This document shows, piece by piece, positions 57,931-64,000 of a DNA stretch of 64,000 bases. The DNA is taken from NCBI RefSeq assembly GCF_009914755.1, contig NC_060926.1. One strand, 5' to 3'. The position numbers and the translations under genes were made by a program. Source of the stretch: the human T2T-CHM13v2.0 reference genome, Homo sapiens. The notes under the pieces were generated by a model that had not been told where the DNA came from, did not search any database, and saw only the letters and a list, made by a program, of their open reading frames with translations. Position 1 is the stretch's first letter, and each line of letters begins with the position of its first letter.

Positions 57931-60118
57931 TTCAGCTCTGTGCTTCAGATACCTTGCCATATCAAAAGAAAATATCCAGAAAGAAGCACCAAAAAAGGAA
58001 AAGAACAAATACGTGTACAAGACATAGGAGCTAGTTAAGAGTTCTTTTCTTTTTAGAGACAGTCTCCTCTGTTGCCCAGGCAAGAGTACAGTGACACAAT
58101 CATAGCTCAATGCAGCCTGGGACTCCTGGGCTCAAGTGGTCTTCTGGCCTCAGCCCCCCGAGTAGCTAGGCCAGAAGCTACTGTGTGTTATGCCCGGCTT
58201 ATTGTTATTATTATTAGTAGTAATAGTAGTAGAGATTGGATCTTGCCATGTTGCCCGGGCTGGTTTCTTGCTATATTGCCCAGGCTGGTTTCAAATTCCT
58301 GGCCTAAAGCGATCCTCCTCAGCCTCCCAAAGTGCCGGGATTACAGGTGTGAGCCACCATGCCTGGCCTCAGTTATAGTATATAATTGGAGTCCCACAGG
58401 AGAAAGGAGAGATGATAATGGCTTTTTTTCCCCCAAAACCAATGAAAGATACCAAGCCACAGTTTAAAGTATCCCTGTAAACTTACACAAAATAAAAATT
58501 TAAAAGTTACACCTAAGAATGTCATAGTATTACTGAATCCCAGAGAAAAAGAGCATAATAAAAGCAGCTAGTAGCAAAAAAGGTGTAACACTAACAGTTA
58601 ACTTCTTAACAACCATAGAATCTAGAAGAAAATAGAGTTATACTTTGAAAGTGCTTCAAGTTCTGTACTCAGCAATTATAACATCAGAATATGAAGGTGA
58701 AACAAAGACAGTTACCTCTGCCACCACCACCAATAAAATACTGACGGAATTGATCACTAGCACACCCACACATCACACAGAAGGCAAATAATCCATGGAT
58801 GAGACTTGAAGGAAGGAGTGGCAGTCAACAAACGGGAACTATGTCAGTAAATACAGGTGAATTTAGACCACATGAATAGTAGCAGCAACAACTTTGGGGA
58901 GTGAAACGAAAATGTATTACAGCAGCATATAAATTGGGAAAGGGTAAATAGTGTTAAAATATTCGAAGGTTCTTGCATTGTTCTGGAAGAAGTCAAACTA
59001 CAAAGTTAGTATATGTTGCAATCTCTGATAATCATGAAAAGAATAGAAAGTAATATATAACAATACAATGGAAATAGAATTGAAAAACAGAGGAGAGAGA
59101 AAAAGAATTTGTAAGACAAGTAGTACCTAGTAAGGTAGATTTAAACGTACCTGTGCACACATGTATATACATACACACACACACATATATATATAGGCAC
59201 ATTTATATATATTTATATCTAAATTTATACATTTGTAATATATATAATATAGTACATATTACATGTGTATTACAATATTACATATTGTATGTAACATATG
59301 CCTGTGTACACATGTATATATACACACGTATATAATATACATATTATATATATAAATGTGCCAGTAATAACTTTGCATACAAATAGACTAAGTGTGTCAA
59401 TTAAAGATATAGTCAAATTGGATTACATACCCAAAGTATAAGGATTAAAGAAAAACCTAAAGCACAAGGAATCAGATATAAAAATAAAATATAAGGAAAC
59501 AGACTCACCAAAGTTATAAAGATACCGAAAGAGTGAAAGTAAAAGGATGGAAAAAGATATAACAGGCATTTAAGAAATAATGATCCATGAAATGAAAGCT
59601 GTGTTAATATCTGACAATGTGGACTTAAAGGCAAAAAAGCATTACTAGAGACAAAGAAGGACATATATATTGTTAAACATATGGAAAACGTGCATGATTT
59701 TTCAGCAATTCTGGGGCATTGATATGAAACACTAGATAAGTAGGTGGCAATGGCTCTGAAAATATTCTTGAGGTGCAAATTGAACAATTAATTGAAGAAC
59801 TTAGAGAAACACTGACTAGAGAAAATCAAGGGGCTGGCTATGGTGGCTCACACCTGTAATCCCAGCACTTTGAGAGGCGGAGGTGGGCAGATTGCTTGAG
59901 CCCAGGAGTTCAAAACCAGCTTGGGCAACATGGCGAAACCCTGTCTGTACAAAAAATAGAAAAATTAACCAGGTGTGCTGGCATGCGCCTGTGGTCCCAG
60001 CTACTTGGGAGGCTGAGGTGGGAGAATGGCTTGAGCCCATGAGGCAAAGGTTGGAGTGAGCTGAGCCGAGATTGCACCACTGCACTCCAGCCTGGGCGAC
60101 AGAGCCAGATCCTATCTG

Positions 60119-60162
<44 letters not shown>

Positions 60163-60290
60163 CAATGGCAATGAACAAGACGACCCAGCAAGTTGGAATC
60201 ATCATAAGCTGGAAAACGTGAATTTGTTAATTTCTAAATAATAGAAATCTCTATCAAGCAAAACTTAAAATGTTAAGAAATGTTTCAGCA
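57930..60290 (+). mobile_element. Ancient L1M (ORF1-ORF2 junction region) with nested Alus (about 58043-58369 -, 59833-60161 +)
   Basis: GTAATAACTTTGCATACAAATAGACTAAG..CAATTAAAGATATAGTCAAATTGGATT resembles ORF2 start; GAAAGTAAAAGGATGGAAAAAGATATA. Confidence 0.65.
59150..59362. repeat. AT-rich (TA/CA) low-complexity tract with internal direct and inverted repeats
   Basis: Seen directly. Confidence 0.85.
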
Positions 60291-60311
60291 CTCAAGAGGT
60301 AGCAGTAATAG

Positions 60312-63625
<3,314 letters not shown>

Positions 63626-64000
63626 TGGAAAGAATGTTTTTGAAAGATGATGTTAATAAAGAACAAACAGGATTCCACTGATTAAATTAGGACATGTGCA
63701 CATTCTGTGCCCCAAACAGGAGTATGAGTGTGTCACTTTCTATATAGGAAAATGAGTGCAGAGAATGGACAGCAGAGGGAGCCCTTGATGAGTTTTGACC
63801 ATCAAGGTAAGAAGACGGAGGGAGTGACATTTTCCCTGGTGCTCTCAGACCATGAGCTTATTTCTCCCCACTCTATCTTTACTTCTTTACAATAATGGTT
63901 GTATATTATTTCCTAACAGAAGTGGCCATGATGTGCTAGCAATTATGCCTGTCCTCACAATTCTCTGTGAGCGTGCTGCTCTATTCCTTCCTCTTCACAA

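Overview
Primate (almost certainly human, chr2q35) genomic DNA, not a prokaryotic accessory region. The + strand carries the last six coding exons of SMARCAL1 (exons 13-18; SNF2-family annealing helicase, RecA2 lobe and C-terminal tail) and, about 15.8 kb downstream, the complete four-exon RPL37A gene (92 aa, TCT/TOP promoter in a CpG island). The rest is mostly interspersed repeat: a decayed near-full-length sense L1PA4-like element, about 45 Alus, MaLR/ERV1/ERVL LTRs, a degenerate ERVL pol, Tigger3/MER33/MER58 DNA transposons and old L1M/L2/MIR. Nearly all ORFs in the track are repeat-derived or chance ORFs. I see no support for a new multi-gene biological system. The best leads are small: (1) a 97-bp Tigger3 piece copied from 2.4 kb away into an LTR with a snap-back junction; (2) an Alu that appears to have brought about 100 bp of foreign 3' flank into an ERVL RT, with the target duplication enclosing both; (3) a second TSD-flanked 410-bp insert at the L1 tail; (4) a PIP-box-like motif in the SMARCAL1 tail; (5) a strong unused, PTC-generating acceptor in RPL37A intron 1. 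Repeat subfamily names and exon numbering are from memory and repeat boundaries are approximate.
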